A DNA stretch of 64,000 nt from an uncultured Verrucomicrobiota bacterium (GTDB taxonomy: Bacteria; Verrucomicrobiota; Verrucomicrobiia; Limisphaerales; UBA9464). How positions within the stretch are numbered: position 1 is the stretch's first letter; each line of letters begins with the position of its first letter. Positions 35,329 through 44,669 of this stretch are shown piece after piece. The stretch lies in the NCBI GenBank assembly GCA_903907995.1, contig CAIVQH010000002.1, positions 75,286 through 139,285 of the forward strand, written 5' to 3'. The notes under the pieces are model-generated. The model searched no databases, was not told the DNA's origin, and worked only from the letters and a program-made list of their open reading frames with translations. A program made the translations under genes and the position numbers.

Positions 35329-36441
35329 TCACTCTTCAGATGAGATACGCCACTGGCCCAGGACTTTTTTCACCTTTTTAAGTTCGCCATTTTCGAGCGC
35401 CTTCATCACGTCGGTCAAAGGGACTTTGTATTTTGCGGCGTACTCATCGGGCTTTAACCACGTGGGTTCGCCTTTGGCCGACCCGGCAGGCGGATTTGGC
35501 TCCGCTGCCGGTGGTGGGATCTGAACGGCCGCGTTTGCCGGAGAGCTTGTCCCGTCGCCGGCTGCCAGACGTGTGTCCAGGGAAGGAAGCATGCGCAATA
35601 AGGCCTGATAGAGGGCATATTCCACGATTTTTGTCTGATAGTCGGTCATGCATTGCATGAGCGGCCCCGCTTGTGTCAGGTCCAGCCCACCGGCTTGCGC
35701 GCGGAATTCCTTGACGGTGCTTTCTTTGGAGACTTCGCACGAGACATTGTCCAGCATGGCCGAGCTGGTCTTGTCGAACAACTGGATCGCAACCGCGCAG
35801 CCGATCGAGAATTTCGCCTCGTTGTTCGACCAGTCGATCGCTGCCATGTCGGCCATTCCCTCAGGAAGGTGCGCAAAGGCTTTCACGTTCTTTTTGAAGA
35901 TTGAAACCGGATTCCAGCCCCCTTTGCTGGAATTCGTGCCCTTGTCGATCTTCAGGTAAGTCACCGAGCCCAGAACTCCAAAGTTACCAGGCTTATCCAT
36001 CAGCACTTGGAACCTGCCCGAATTGTGCAGCAGGTTTTCAAAAGGGGCTTTCAACAATTGACCCGCGTCCGCACCTCCCAAGGCCATTGCAACATTCGGT
36101 GGCACGGTTATCTGAGGCATGCCGACAGATAATTTTGTGGTCACGGTCGCAGGTCGTTGGGGGAAATTCATTGCCGGGTTGTCCGGCATCTGCAGCTTCC
36201 CGTTGGGGTCTGCGGCCAGGGCTGAATTGCCAGGCATGGCGGCAAGGGCCGCCCAAAGGCACACGATCGTGACCAGGATGCCTTTCGCGGAAAATAGTCC
36301 CACCAAACGGCGTGCGACAGACGTTCGACAACTGTTTCTATCCAGGGAAATCATTGGGGTGAAAGTTGGGTTCTGAGTTTTCCGAATCATACAAACAATT
36401 ACGGTCGCAGGAGACTCATAGATTGTTGAGACGCCGGTCAA
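35329..36441 (-). CDS. Secreted hypothetical protein in a low-GC patch; the C-terminal 40 aa resemble an excisionase-type HTH
   Basis: Likely start at the internal ATG 36354 (MISLDRNSCRTSVARRLVGLFSAKGILVTIVCLWAALAAMPGNSALA). The motif APFENLLHNSGRFQVL is faintly reminiscent of CsgG/LpoB-type lipoproteins. The tail reads KPDEYAAKYKVPLTDVMKALENGELKKVKKVLGQWRI. Confidence 0.5.
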   Translation of the reverse strand: MTGVSTIYESPATVIVCMIRKTQNPTFTPMISLDRNSCRTSVARRLVGLFSAKGILVTIVCLWAALAAMPGNSALAADPNGKLQMPDNPAMNFPQRPATVTTKLSVGMPQITVPPNVAMALGGADAGQLLKAPFENLLHNSGRFQVLMDKPGNFGVLGSVTYLKIDKGTNSSKGGWNPVSIFKKNVKAFAHLPEGMADMAAIDWSNNEAKFSIGCAVAIQLFDKTSSAMLDNVSCEVSKESTVKEFRAQAGGLDLTQAGPLMQCMTDYQTKIVEYALYQALLRMLPSLDTRLAAGDGTSSPANAAVQIPPPAAEPNPPAGSAKGEPTWLKPDEYAAKYKVPLTDVMKALENGELKKVKKVLGQWRISSEE

Positions 36442-36898
36442 GTACTCGTATTTCCATATGATGTAACTTCAATTTGCTCAACCGCCGGAACCCCCTCCGG
36501 ACGCCTTTGCGGTGCTGGTCATGAAAATATATTGTGCCGGGACATTCATGATCAGGCGCTGTGGGAATGGTGGAGGATGAAGGTTTGTAAGCCGGATCAG
36601 GTCTCGATGCGGAATGCCTCCGCATCCCGCTCGGGCGGAAGTCACTTGAGCTGCGGGCCAAAGAACTTTGCATCAGGAGACAGCCGATGATTTTCGGTCC
36701 GATTGCCTTGGACCGCTAAACCTTCGTAAACCGAGTTCAAGGCGGCCAGTTCGACCGCGTTCAGTCCTTTGAAGCGCGCGACTGTTCATTGGGCCAACCT
36801 CTCCAACCCGCCGCACCCGGCGGCTGAGGTTCTGACGACGTCAACAAACTTGGCTTTGCCATCCTCGCCGCTGTCCGCATTATCGACTCTCTTTCGAC

Positions 36899-38719
36899 AT
36901 GAAACGCACGCAGCATTGCAACGAACTCCGGCCCGAGCACGCCGGGCAGACCGTCACCCTCGTCGGCTGGGTCCATTCCCGCCGCGATCTCGGTGGCGTC
37001 CTCTTCATCGACCTCCGCGACCGTGAGGGCCGAACCCAGACCGTGTTCGATCCGAGCGACCTGCCCAAGGAGGTCTTCGAGCGCGCGAGCCATCTGCACA
37101 GCGAGTCGGTCATCCAGATCACCGGCACGGTGCGCGTCCGCCCCGAAGGCACTCAGAACACCAAGATCCCGACCGGGCAGATCGAAGTGCTCGTGAAGTC
37201 GCTCGAGGTTCTGAACGACGCGGCCGTGCTGCCGTTCCCGGTGGATGACCCCGAACTCGCCAGCAAGGTCAACGAGGAGATCCGCCTCAAGTACCGCTAC
37301 CTCGACCTGCGCCGCCCGGAGATGATCCGCAACCTGCGCGTCCGCTCCAAGGTCGCCATTGCCACGCGCAGCTACATGGACGGCGAAGGCTTCCTCGAGG
37401 TCGAGACCCCCACGCTCTTCAAGTCCACGCCCGAGGGCGCGCGCGAGTTCCTCGTCCCAAACCGCCGCGATCCCGGCACTTTCTACGCGCTGCCGCAGTC
37501 ACCGCAGCAGTTCAAGCAGATCCTCATGGTCAGCGGCATCGAGCGCTATTTCCAGCTCGCCCGCTGCTACCGCGACGAGGACCTTCGCGCCGACCGCCAG
37601 CCCGAATTCACCCAGGTCGATATCGAGATGTCCTTCATCGACCGCGAGGACATCTACTCGCTTATCGAGGGCCTGCTGAAGAAGGTCTGGAAGACGGCCC
37701 TGAACCTGGACATCCCGACGCCCTTCAAGCGCATCAGCTTCGAGGAGGCGCTGAACCGCTACGGCATCGACAAGCCCGACACGCGCTTCGGCATGGAACT
37801 GGTGGACTTCACCGAGGAGTTCAAGGGCTCCAAGTTTGGCGTCTTCGGCAACTGCGTCGCGAACGGTGGCGTGATCAAGGCCATCAACGCCCGCGGCCTC
37901 GCCGGCGCCACGCAGGGCCAGCTGGAGATCATGACCGAGACAGCCAAGGGCTTCGGCGCGAAGGGCCTCGCCTACATCAAGGTGGAGAAGAACGCCGCCG
38001 GCACCATCGAGTGGAAGTCGCCCATCGTGAAATTCTTCTCGGACGCCGAGAAGGCCGCGCTCACTGCCAAGCTGGAAATCCAGGAGGGTGACCTGATCCT
38101 GTTCGCCGCCGACCAGTGGCTCAACGCCTGCGAGATCCTCGGCAAGATCCGGCTCTACTGCGCCGACGTGCTCAAGGGGCAGGGCAAGCTCACGATCCCA
38201 GCCGACCAGTTCAACTTCCTGTGGGTGATCGAATTCCCGCTGCTCGGCTTCGACCGCGAGATGAACCGCTGGTATTCCAGCCATCATCCCTTTACCGCGC
38301 CCGTGGCCGACGACATCCCGCTGCTGAAGACCGACCCCAAGAAGGTCCGTGGCCAGCACTACGACATCGTGGTCAACGGCGTCGAACTCGGCGGCGGCTC
38401 CATCCGGATCCACCAGCCCGACGTGCAGAAGACGATCTTTGAGGAGCTGCTCCAGATCCCGCCCGACGAGACGCAGAGCCGCTTCGGCTACATGCTGGAG
38501 GCCTTCAAGTACGGCGCCCCGCCCCACGGCGGCATCGCGCTCGGCTTCGATCGCCTCATTGCGATCCTCTGTGGGACGACGAGCATCCGCGACGTCATTG
38601 CCTTCCCCAAGACGGCCAAGGGCGTGGACCTCATGACCGACAGCCCGAGCACCGTGACCCCCCGCCAGCTCCGCGACCTGCACATCGAGGTGAAGGCGGC
38701 GGTGAAGAAGGACGTGTAG
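36899..38719 (+). CDS. aspS: Aspartate--tRNA ligase (bacterial type)
   Basis: MKRTQHCNELRPEHAGQTVTLVGWVHSRRDLGGVLFIDLRDREG.., FYALPQSPQQFKQILM, and class II motifs (..RCYRDEDLRADRQPEFTQ.., GGGSIRIH, ..GIALGFDRL). Confidence 0.95.
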   Translation: MKRTQHCNELRPEHAGQTVTLVGWVHSRRDLGGVLFIDLRDREGRTQTVFDPSDLPKEVFERASHLHSESVIQITGTVRVRPEGTQNTKIPTGQIEVLVKSLEVLNDAAVLPFPVDDPELASKVNEEIRLKYRYLDLRRPEMIRNLRVRSKVAIATRSYMDGEGFLEVETPTLFKSTPEGAREFLVPNRRDPGTFYALPQSPQQFKQILMVSGIERYFQLARCYRDEDLRADRQPEFTQVDIEMSFIDREDIYSLIEGLLKKVWKTALNLDIPTPFKRISFEEALNRYGIDKPDTRFGMELVDFTEEFKGSKFGVFGNCVANGGVIKAINARGLAGATQGQLEIMTETAKGFGAKGLAYIKVEKNAAGTIEWKSPIVKFFSDAEKAALTAKLEIQEGDLILFAADQWLNACEILGKIRLYCADVLKGQGKLTIPADQFNFLWVIEFPLLGFDREMNRWYSSHHPFTAPVADDIPLLKTDPKKVRGQHYDIVVNGVELGGGSIRIHQPDVQKTIFEELLQIPPDETQSRFGYMLEAFKYGAPPHGGIALGFDRLIAILCGTTSIRDVIAFPKTAKGVDLMTDSPSTVTPRQLRDLHIEVKAAVKKDV

Positions 38720-38723
38720 GCTT

Positions 38724-39596
38724 ATGGCCTCGTCTCAACAGCGCGGCTTTACGCTCACCATATTCCTGCCGGACGGTGTACCGGATGGGCTGCGGATCGT
38801 TGAGAAGTCGAATTGGACCGGCCGGGGAGTTGTTTGCCCGCGGCCGGTCTTTCCTCAGGCTAAAAGCCGCAACGATTTTGACCGTGCGGGCGTTTATGTG
38901 CTAGCCGGTCCTTCTTCCGAAACGGGCCTGCCCGAAATTTACATCGGTGAAGGGGACCCAATCAGGCCACGCCTTGAATCGCATTTTTCAAAAAGGGATT
39001 TTTGGACCACGGCGATTTTCTTTACCAGTAAGGACGAGAATCCAAACAAAGCGCACGTTCAGTATTTGGAGGCACGCTTGATTCAACTAGCTGCCGAGGC
39101 GAAACGCTGTGAGCTGAAAAACGGGAATGCTCCCCAACCGCCCTCGCTGTCCGAAGCAGACGTTGCCGAGGTTGAAGGCTTTCTGGATGAGGTATTGCTT
39201 TGCTTCCCAGTAATTGGACTTTCAGTTTTTGAAAAGCCGAGCCAACCACAGCATAAAGTAACCCAGCTTAAAATCAGCTCGAAGAGTGTTCTTGCACTGG
39301 GGTATGAATCGATTCAGGGATTTGTTGTCACTAAAGGTTCAGAGGCTGTCATTGATGAGATGCCCTCGATTCGTGGATTCGTTTCCCAATTGCGCAAAGC
39401 CATGCTGGCAAATGGAATTCTGCAAAATCGTGGGCAAAAATTGATATTTTCTCAAGATTACGAATTCAATTCTCCTTCTACTGCTGCTGAGTTCGTTTTG
39501 GGGCGTTCGGCGAATGGCCGGACCGCATGGCTAGCAGCAAGTGGACACACACTTAAGGAACTACAAGAGACGGCACAGTCTCGCCCGGTAAAGTAA
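38724..39596 (+). CDS. GIY-YIG-type nuclease-like protein with a DUF4357-like C-terminal domain
   Basis: GVYVLAGP..EIYIGEGDPIRPRLESH (GIY-YIG-like). C-terminal FSQDYEFNSPSTAAEFVLGRSANGRTAW (DUF4357 signature, from memory). Hand-counted GC is 47-48% against 60-72% in the flanks. Confidence 0.75.
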   Translation: MASSQQRGFTLTIFLPDGVPDGLRIVEKSNWTGRGVVCPRPVFPQAKSRNDFDRAGVYVLAGPSSETGLPEIYIGEGDPIRPRLESHFSKRDFWTTAIFFTSKDENPNKAHVQYLEARLIQLAAEAKRCELKNGNAPQPPSLSEADVAEVEGFLDEVLLCFPVIGLSVFEKPSQPQHKVTQLKISSKSVLALGYESIQGFVVTKGSEAVIDEMPSIRGFVSQLRKAMLANGILQNRGQKLIFSQDYEFNSPSTAAEFVLGRSANGRTAWLAASGHTLKELQETAQSRPVK

Positions 39597-39648
39597 GAAA
39601 ATAGTCGTTTGTCTATTGGCTCCTCTCCTTGTCCTTGTCCGTGTCCCT

Positions 39649-40635
39649 ATGATTCCTTCGACCGACCGCCTCCCTGTAATTCTGCTCACCGGCTTTCTCG
39701 GGGCGGGCAAGACCACGCTGCTGCTGCGCTGGCTGGCGGAGTCGCCGGCGACAGGCAAGCGGCTCGGCGTCGTGATGAACGAGTTTGGCGCGGAGAGCGT
39801 GGACAGCCAGCTCATCAGCCGGCCCGGTTTGCCGCTGGCGCAGGTCAGTGGCGGCTGCATCTGCTGCGCGTCGGACAATGAGCTGGGCAATGCGGTGACC
39901 AAGCTCGTGCAGGAGGGCGACTGCGACTACCTCGTCGTCGAGACCAGCGGCCTCGCCGATCCGGACAACGTCATCGACGTGCTTACCGATACCGATTTGC
40001 TGCCGCAGGTGCGCCTGCAGGCCGTCGTCACGGTCGTGGATGCCCAATGGTACGCCCGTCCCGGCATTGAGGCCGGCGAGCGCGTGCTGGTCCGCAAGCA
40101 GGTCCAGTTCGCCCACGTCCTCTGCCTCTCCAAGTGTGATCGGCTGGGCGACGCGGAAATCGCCTTTGTCGAGGCCGAGATGAAGCGGCTGAATCCGAAC
40201 GCTTGGGTCGTGAAGCTTCCTTTCGGCCTGCCGGAACTGGGCGAAATCCTGGCCCGACCGGCGGCAGCCACCGAACTGCGCATCGAAACCGAGGACGCCG
40301 GAGGAGGGGAACCGCACCTGCACAACGCCTACCAGAGTGTGACCTGGCGCTTCCCGGTACCGGTGGACCGCTCCAAATTCGAGGCGTTCCTCAGCGGACT
40401 CGACCCGCGCGAAGTCGTCCGCGCCAAGGGCTTCATCCGGTTCGCCAAGCAGCCGGATAAGCTGCACGTCTTCCAGTCTGTCTTCGGGCACCACTTCATC
40501 GAGGAATTTCCGGTGAAGCCGAGCCCCGAGACCGTTGCCGTGCTCATCGGCCCGAACCTCGACGCAGCGAAATTTCAGGACCAGCTCCGCACGCTCGTCT
40601 TTGGTCCGCAGCGCAGCGGCCTCAAGCTGGGGTGA
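39649..40635 (+). CDS. COG0523 (CobW/ZigA/YeiR-type) metallochaperone GTPase
   Basis: ATG at 39649. P-loop LTGFLGAGKTTLL, the CxCC metal motif GGCICC, and ETSGLADP. Confidence 0.85.
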   Translation: MIPSTDRLPVILLTGFLGAGKTTLLLRWLAESPATGKRLGVVMNEFGAESVDSQLISRPGLPLAQVSGGCICCASDNELGNAVTKLVQEGDCDYLVVETSGLADPDNVIDVLTDTDLLPQVRLQAVVTVVDAQWYARPGIEAGERVLVRKQVQFAHVLCLSKCDRLGDAEIAFVEAEMKRLNPNAWVVKLPFGLPELGEILARPAAATELRIETEDAGGGEPHLHNAYQSVTWRFPVPVDRSKFEAFLSGLDPREVVRAKGFIRFAKQPDKLHVFQSVFGHHFIEEFPVKPSPETVAVLIGPNLDAAKFQDQLRTLVFGPQRSGLKLG

Positions 40636-40800
40636 TTTGCCGCCTCTGATTGGCGGTGCAGAATGCCGCTTCAATCGCTCGTGAAGGTGCGTGATGGTTT
40701 GGGGCTCGGAGGCCGGTTACGATCCCTCACGGCCTTGCCCTGCGACGAAGGGAGACGTCTCGCCCTTCGTACGGGCGTGGGATAACGGTTCAGCGCATGC

Positions 40801-41253
40801 TCAGGCGACCGGTGGCGGGAGGAATTCCAGGCCGTACTTCCGGCCCAGCCCGATCACGCGGGGAATGTCCTGCTGTTGTTCCGGGTTGAGCGTGTGGATT
40901 TCCTCGAAGAACCCCTCGAAGCCCGCCGGGGTGATCGCGCACAGGAGCCGCCCGGTTTGCGGACCGATGTTGCGATAGGAATGGGGGATTCCGCGCGGGG
41001 CGAAAACGGTGTCGCCCACCCGGGCGGTCAGCTTCTGGGCGGCGACCGTGAACTCGAAGTCGCCCTCGATGATTTGAAACGTTTCATCCTCGCGGTGATG
41101 GATGTGCGGCGGTGTGCCACCGCCCGGCGGATCGTAGGATTCGATCACGCTGATCGTGCCGTTGGTGTCGCGCCCATGGATGCGGATGACGACCGGATTG
41201 CCCAGCACATTGAGTTTTTCCCCGGCACCCGCAGGAGTAAGGATCGGTTTCAC
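40801..41253 (-). CDS. Cupin-domain protein
   Basis: GTG start. PPHIHHREDETFQIIEG..GDTVFAPRGIPHSYRN cupin motifs 1 and 2. Confidence 0.8.
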   Translation of the reverse strand: MKPILTPAGAGEKLNVLGNPVVIRIHGRDTNGTISVIESYDPPGGGTPPHIHHREDETFQIIEGDFEFTVAAQKLTARVGDTVFAPRGIPHSYRNIGPQTGRLLCAITPAGFEGFFEEIHTLNPEQQQDIPRVIGLGRKYGLEFLPPPVA

Positions 41254-41332
41254 GGGCCAATGCTTTTCAGCCGGGCTCAGGGATGCCAGTCCTATTCTCC
41301 TGCAAGCACCGAGCTTGCCCGGCTCCTCTCCT

Positions 41333-41404
41333 CACTGACCCACTGACCCACTGACTTACTGACTTACTGACTTACTGACTTACTGGCCTACTGGCTCACT
41401 TGCC
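41333..41404. repeat. Tandem octamer array (YACTGRCY, 9 copies) in a divergent promoter region
   Basis: cactgacc x2, cactgact, tactgact x3, tactggcc, tactggct, cacttgcc. Read directly. Confidence 0.9.
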
Positions 41405-41437
41405 CACCTCGGCCAAAGCGCCCACGCTGAATCCCGC

Positions 41438-41974
41438 ATGAGCATCGCCACCCGCACCGGAGACGCCGGCCACACCGGCCTGATGTACAACCGCCGCGTC
41501 CCCAAGTCGCATCCCCGCGTAGAGGCCTATGGCAGCGTGGATGAGCTGAACGCCGCCCTCGGACTGGCGCGGGCGCACGCCTCGGCGGCGTTCATCAAGG
41601 ACAACCTGCTGCTCATCCAGAAGGATCTGGTGGTGCTGATGGGCGAACTCGCGACCGGAGTGGAAGATTTACCGCGCTACGTGAAAGACGGGTTCGAACT
41701 CGTCACGCCGACGTTGACCGAAAAGCTGGATCACCTGGTCGCCGAGGTGGAGTCACAACAGGTGTCGTTCAAGGACTGGGCCACCCCGGGCGCGACGGTC
41801 GATTCCGCCGCACTGGACGTGGCGCGCACGACTTGCCGCCGGGCTGAGCGCCGGGTGGTGACCCTGCACGAGACCGGACAACTGCAAAACCCGGAGATCA
41901 TCATCTACCTGAACCGCCTCAGTGACCTGCTCTGGCTGCTGGCGCGCTGGGTGGAGACCCAAGTGGCGAAGTAA
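41438..41974 (+). CDS. PduO-type ATP:cob(I)alamin adenosyltransferase
   Basis: TRTGDAGHTGL..RVEAYGSVDELNAALG..IQKDLVVLMGELA..PGAT..AALDVARTTCRRAER..IIIYLNRLSDLLW. Confidence 0.85.
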   Translation: MSIATRTGDAGHTGLMYNRRVPKSHPRVEAYGSVDELNAALGLARAHASAAFIKDNLLLIQKDLVVLMGELATGVEDLPRYVKDGFELVTPTLTEKLDHLVAEVESQQVSFKDWATPGATVDSAALDVARTTCRRAERRVVTLHETGQLQNPEIIIYLNRLSDLLWLLARWVETQVAK

Positions 41975-42025
41975 GCCGGATGATTTGCCGGGGAATGCCC
42001 TCCATACCGAGGACTTGGCGAGTGA

Positions 42026-43744
42026 TCAGGGCGGGTTTCCGGGTGGAGCCGGATGAGTGAGCTCGCCCAGGGCTTCCTTGGCCATTTCATCTGCCGGGTT
42101 CACTTTCAAGGCGGCTTGGAAATGGCGGATCGCCTCCGGCTGGTTGCCGAGATCCATGGCGATCAACCCGAGGTTTCCGAGGGCCTTGTAGTCATCCGGG
42201 TTGATTCTCAGGGTCTGCTCGAATTCTTTTCTGGCCGCCTCCAGGTGATTGCCCATTCGCAGCACCAGCCCCAGATAGTAATGGCCCTGATCGTTGTCTG
42301 GATCCGTCATCACCGTGGAACGGAAATGCCGCTCAGCCTGTCCCACATCGCCATGACGGCTCAGCAGCACCTTCCCCATATCGAGATTCCCCTGCGCATC
42401 CAGCGGATCGCTGGCCAGGCGCAAGCGTGCCCCGGTTTCGCTCAGGCGGATGGAGTGGAGCCGTTGCTCCTCCTCGAACAGCGGCAGGTCTTTCGGATCG
42501 CGCAGGACGAGCTGGAGCCAGAGTTCGGCCATCTCATCCGAAGTTTGCGGCCCATAGCGCACGCGCGTGGGAGGGGTGAGGGATCCGTCCGTGGGGGAGG
42601 CCACCGCAGGATTGTCGTAGCGGTAACGCATCGTCAGCACCGTGCCTTTGGGCAGAAAGAGCGGGGTGACGTACTTGTAATCGCCCTGCCAGTTGAAATT
42701 CCAGCGGGGGATCCGCATGAGCCAGCGCTTGGAGCCGTCGGGAAGGGTGGCCCAGCCCTCCAGGGTGGTGGCGAGACGATGGGCGTGGGGAAGCACCGCC
42801 CACGCCTCCACGTCGGCCGGCACCGTAAAGGTGTCTTCGACCAGGTAGTCGGTGGCATGCGGTGGAATATCGATGGCGAAGGACATCAGGCCCAGTTTGA
42901 ACGCGGTGACGCGCGGGGGCTTGTCCGTGAAATAGAGCCCGACCTCACACTGCACCGACTGGGCGTTCGTGGCGCCAATCAGGTGGAGCGCCAGCACGAG
43001 GTCCGTGTTGGTGCTGAGCAGCCACGGAAGCTGGTCATCACCGGAAGCCCCCTGCTTGCCGGGTTGCCAGGTGAGAAACTGGCCCTGGGGCATTTTCACG
43101 TTGAGGGGCCGCATCGCAAACCGGTAGCCCGACTCGCCATCCCGCCCCTCGAAGGAACGCGATTGTCCCGAACTGTCCACATAGACGAAGGCATGGTGTA
43201 CCACCCGGGGATTACCCGGGCGAAACTCCACGGCGCGGACGTAGCGGGGCCGGTCCAAGGGGACAGGGACGGTGAAATTGCGGTAGATGTCCTTCGAACC
43301 CGCTGGCACCGGAAACGACCGCGCCATGCGGACGACCAGATCGGGCTTCCCCCCCTGCCAGCCATCCGTCTGCTTGGGGATTGGGGGAGCGTCGGCAGGA
43401 TTGCCCGCCGGCGCCCCTTCATCGGCCCACTGGGACAGAACATTGATCTCCTGATCGGTCAGGGGTCGGCGACCACGGAATTCCCCGCAGACCGGATCCA
43501 CCAGCCAGGGTGGCATGTGCCGGGCCTGGGTTTCCCGGCGGATCGCTTCGGCATGAGTGGCACTGGGGCCATATTCCAGCAGCGAGAACGGACCGGGTTG
43601 GCCGGCGCGATGACACGAGGCGCAGGACCTGAGCACCAGGGGCAGGACATCGTGATAGTAAGTCACCTCCGTTCCGCCCGGGGGCGTTTGGACCGTTGCT
43701 CCTTGGGCAAACAGCGCCAAGGTGAAGGTCAAAACGTAATGCAA
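42026..43744 (-). CDS. Secreted fusion: planctomycete-type cytochrome c (CxxCH) + copper type II monooxygenase (PHM/DBH)-like domain + C-terminal TPR repeats
   Basis: YHDVLPLVLRSCASCHRAGQPGPFSLL (PSCyt-like). VVHHAFVY and LPHAHRLA resemble the PHM copper His sites. C-terminal TPR units (GHYYLGLVL.., YKALGNLGLIA..). Start uncertain: TTG at 43744 gives a signal peptide (HYVLTFTLALFAQG); the track start is 43936. Confidence 0.65.
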   Translation of the reverse strand: MHYVLTFTLALFAQGATVQTPPGGTEVTYYHDVLPLVLRSCASCHRAGQPGPFSLLEYGPSATHAEAIRRETQARHMPPWLVDPVCGEFRGRRPLTDQEINVLSQWADEGAPAGNPADAPPIPKQTDGWQGGKPDLVVRMARSFPVPAGSKDIYRNFTVPVPLDRPRYVRAVEFRPGNPRVVHHAFVYVDSSGQSRSFEGRDGESGYRFAMRPLNVKMPQGQFLTWQPGKQGASGDDQLPWLLSTNTDLVLALHLIGATNAQSVQCEVGLYFTDKPPRVTAFKLGLMSFAIDIPPHATDYLVEDTFTVPADVEAWAVLPHAHRLATTLEGWATLPDGSKRWLMRIPRWNFNWQGDYKYVTPLFLPKGTVLTMRYRYDNPAVASPTDGSLTPPTRVRYGPQTSDEMAELWLQLVLRDPKDLPLFEEEQRLHSIRLSETGARLRLASDPLDAQGNLDMGKVLLSRHGDVGQAERHFRSTVMTDPDNDQGHYYLGLVLRMGNHLEAARKEFEQTLRINPDDYKALGNLGLIAMDLGNQPEAIRHFQAALKVNPADEMAKEALGELTHPAPPGNPP

Positions 43745-44075
43745 CTTCTGTCGTAAACTTATCAAGCAGTGGGAGTTCGAAGCCGAACTCTTAGCAAGGA
43801 CGCTGCCGGATTGAGCGAAGTTACCGACGAAGTTGACGCCAACGAAAACGAAATGAGCTGAGGAGGGCGCGGTTCCACCCGCGGCGTAAATTTCTTCGCG
43901 CCGGGCACCCATGGATGACTCCTTCGGATCCAGCACAGCGCGAATTTTTCATGAGTTTGACAGAGGGAGGAATATGGGGCGCGGGTCGAACCGCGCCCTC
44001 CCCGCGTGAAGCCGCTGGGACAACATCCCGGATTCCGTTCGTGACAATGCCGGAAGGGCGCGCACAAACAGGCGC

Positions 44076-44654
44076 ATGCATTCGGGGCGGTTCGCAATCT
44101 TGGCGGGCGTGATCTGCTGGCTGGCCGTCCTGACGGTCGGCTGCCGACCATCAGCCAAGCCAGGGGAGGGCGATCAGGACTCTTCACTGAGCGCGACCGA
44201 TGCCAGCGCCTTGGGGGATCTGCTGACCGATGATTCGGGCAAGTTCTCCTATCGGATGCCGGCAGGGTGGAGCGCGGTGAAAATCCCCGGCAACAGCTTC
44301 AAGGTTGCCGTGGAGCCGGAACAAAGCGGCTACCGCGCCAACATCCAGGTCAGCCGCGAGGCGGTCCCCCGGCGTTTCGACCTGTTTGTGGAGGAAAGCC
44401 GCAAGAGCCTGCTGAAACTGCAGTCCGGGGCGATGATCCGGGAGGATTCCGCCTTCACGACTTCAGCCGGGCTTGAAGGGCGGCGCTGGATCGTCAATGT
44501 GTTCCAGAATGGGGAGCGGCTCTGGCAGGCCTACTACCTGGTTCCCGGGCCGAACGATGACAAACTTGTGGTCACGATGACGGCCCGGACCGATCAGGAA
44601 CTGCACCTGACTTACGTCAGCGATATCTGCATGAAGACGCTGGTGGTGCGCTGA
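44076..44654 (+). CDS. Putative lipoprotein, function unknown
   Basis: MHSGRFAILAGVICWLAVLTVGC lipobox. No recognisable domain. Confidence 0.6.
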   Translation: MHSGRFAILAGVICWLAVLTVGCRPSAKPGEGDQDSSLSATDASALGDLLTDDSGKFSYRMPAGWSAVKIPGNSFKVAVEPEQSGYRANIQVSREAVPRRFDLFVEESRKSLLKLQSGAMIREDSAFTTSAGLEGRRWIVNVFQNGERLWQAYYLVPGPNDDKLVVTMTARTDQELHLTYVSDICMKTLVVR

Positions 44655-44669
44655 ACCGGCCCCGGTTGG

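Noticed and set aside
41333-41404. Possible CRISPR-like array
   Set aside because: The units are 8 nt and directly abutting, with no spacers. It is a simple tandem repeat, not a CRISPR array.
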